From assembly GCA_964579135.1 (NCBI GenBank), contig CAZOFD010000001.1, positions 26,063-90,062 on the forward strand: a stretch of 64,000 nt of DNA. Direction: 5' to 3'. Below, in pieces: positions 63,025-64,000 of this stretch. Both the position numbers and the translations under genes were made by a program. This stretch comes from an uncultured Ruminococcus sp. GTDB taxonomy: Bacteria; Bacillota; Clostridia; Oscillospirales; CAG-272. A model generated the notes under the pieces. It was not told where the DNA came from and made no database searches. It saw only the letters and a list, made by a program, of their open reading frames with translations. Position 1 is the first letter of the stretch. Each line of letters begins with the position of its first letter.

Positions 63025-64000
63025 TGGGAAAAACGATAGCACAAAAGATAATTGCCTCCCACCTCGTCAGCGGAGATATGACTCCGGGCAGCGAGATATC
63101 CCTGCACATCGACCGCACTTTAACGCAAGACGCCACTGGCACTATGGCGTACATCGAATTCGAAGCGATAGGCATACCGCGCGTGCGTACCGAGCTTTCC
63201 GTTGCATATATAGATCACAACACGTTGCAATCCGGATTTATGAACGCCGACGACCACCGCTTTATCCGCACCGCGGCGGCGAAATACGGCATTCACTATT
63301 CGCGCCCCGGCAACGGTATCTGCCACCAAGTCAATCTCGAGCGCTTCGGCGTCCCCGGCAAGACCCTTATCGGCTCCGACAGCCACACCCCCACCGCCGG
63401 CGGCATCGGTATGCTTGCTTTCGGCGCGGGCGGTCTTGACGTAGCAGTCGCTATGGGCGGCGGAGCGTATTCTATGGTAATGCCCAAGATGATACGCGTT
63501 AACCTGACGGGCAAACTTAACCCTTGGGTAAGCGCCAAAGACGTCAGCCTCGAGATACTTCGCATACTTTCCGTCAAAGGCGGGGTCGGCTGCATAATCG
63601 AATGGGGCGGCGAGGGCGTAAAAACGCTCTCCGTACCGCAACGCGCGACGATAACCAATATGGGCGCGGAGCTCGGCGCGACGACCTCCGTTTTTCCCGC
63701 CGACGAGATCACCGAGGCATTTTTGACAGCCCAAGGCAGGGGCGACGACTTTACGCCCGTGTTTGCGGACGACGACGCCGTATACGACCGCGTTATAGAC
63801 ATAGACCTCTCGTCGCTCGAGCCTATGGCGGCTTGCCCGCACAGCCCCGACAACGTAAAAAAGATCAGCGAACTGGTCGGAATGCCCGTCAGCCAAGTTT
63901 GCGTCGGCTCCTGCACCAACTCCTCGCTCGCCGATATGCTTGCCGTCGCAGCAGTATTGCGCGGCAAGACGGTATCTCCCTCTGTCGGGATGTCCGTCTC
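63024..64000 (+). CDS. Aconitate hydratase (aconitase family), 3' end outside the window
   Basis: Not in the ORF track because there is no stop in the window. My translation is MGKTIAQKIIASHLVSGDM..IDRTLTQDATGTMAY..YSRPGNGICHQV..IGSDSHTPTAGG..ATITNMGAELGATTS... The ATG overlaps the upstream TGA by 1 nt. Confidence 0.85.
   Translation, partial: MGKTIAQKIIASHLVSGDMTPGSEISLHIDRTLTQDATGTMAYIEFEAIGIPRVRTELSVAYIDHNTLQSGFMNADDHRFIRTAAAKYGIHYSRPGNGICHQVNLERFGVPGKTLIGSDSHTPTAGGIGMLAFGAGGLDVAVAMGGGAYSMVMPKMIRVNLTGKLNPWVSAKDVSLEILRILSVKGGVGCIIEWGGEGVKTLSVPQRATITNMGAELGATTSVFPADEITEAFLTAQGRGDDFTPVFADDDAVYDRVIDIDLSSLEPMAACPHSPDNVKKISELVGMPVSQVCVGSCTNSSLADMLAVAAVLRGKTVSPSVGMSV

Overview
This 64 kb window looks like a chromosomal segment from an endospore-forming, fairly GC-rich Firmicute. 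The Clostridia-type gene content supports this: a complete spoIIIAA-AH operon, an alpha/beta SASP, a reverse rubrerythrin and a Re-citrate-synthase-type enzyme followed by aconitase. I can support 57 protein-coding genes. Most are housekeeping: dnaI, yceD-rpmF, cinA, pfkA, tmcAL, ackA, alaS, glyA, alaR/alaT-like pair, aspartokinase, rpsU, pth, mfd, PrsA-like foldase, htrA plus a two-component system, queG, addBA. I also found several sigma-A-type promoters, about a dozen stem-loop terminators (not all with a U-run) and one cobalamin riboswitch. I saw no rRNA, tRNA, CRISPR array, transposase or integrase. I do not see a clear new defence or mobile system. The most distinctive region is a B12-riboswitch-led operon (about 23.7-30.3 kb). 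It combines a small HEAR-like basic protein, a sortase-signal DUF4430 protein, a membrane-hairpin-anchored alpha/alpha-toroid + DUF4430 (transcobalamin-like) protein and a dedicated ECF importer. Secondary oddities are: an isolated phage-receptor-binding-protein-like + leaderless M23/PG-binding gene pair between alaS and glyA; a sortase B operon translationally coupled to an RlmA-type rRNA methyltransferase and ending in a ricin/Big_2/C39-like exoprotein; a trigger-factor-like lipoprotein; and a ferredoxin-less RACo-like ASKHA protein. All functional calls come from reading motifs in the supplied translations. No database search or computation was run, and GC content was judged by eye.
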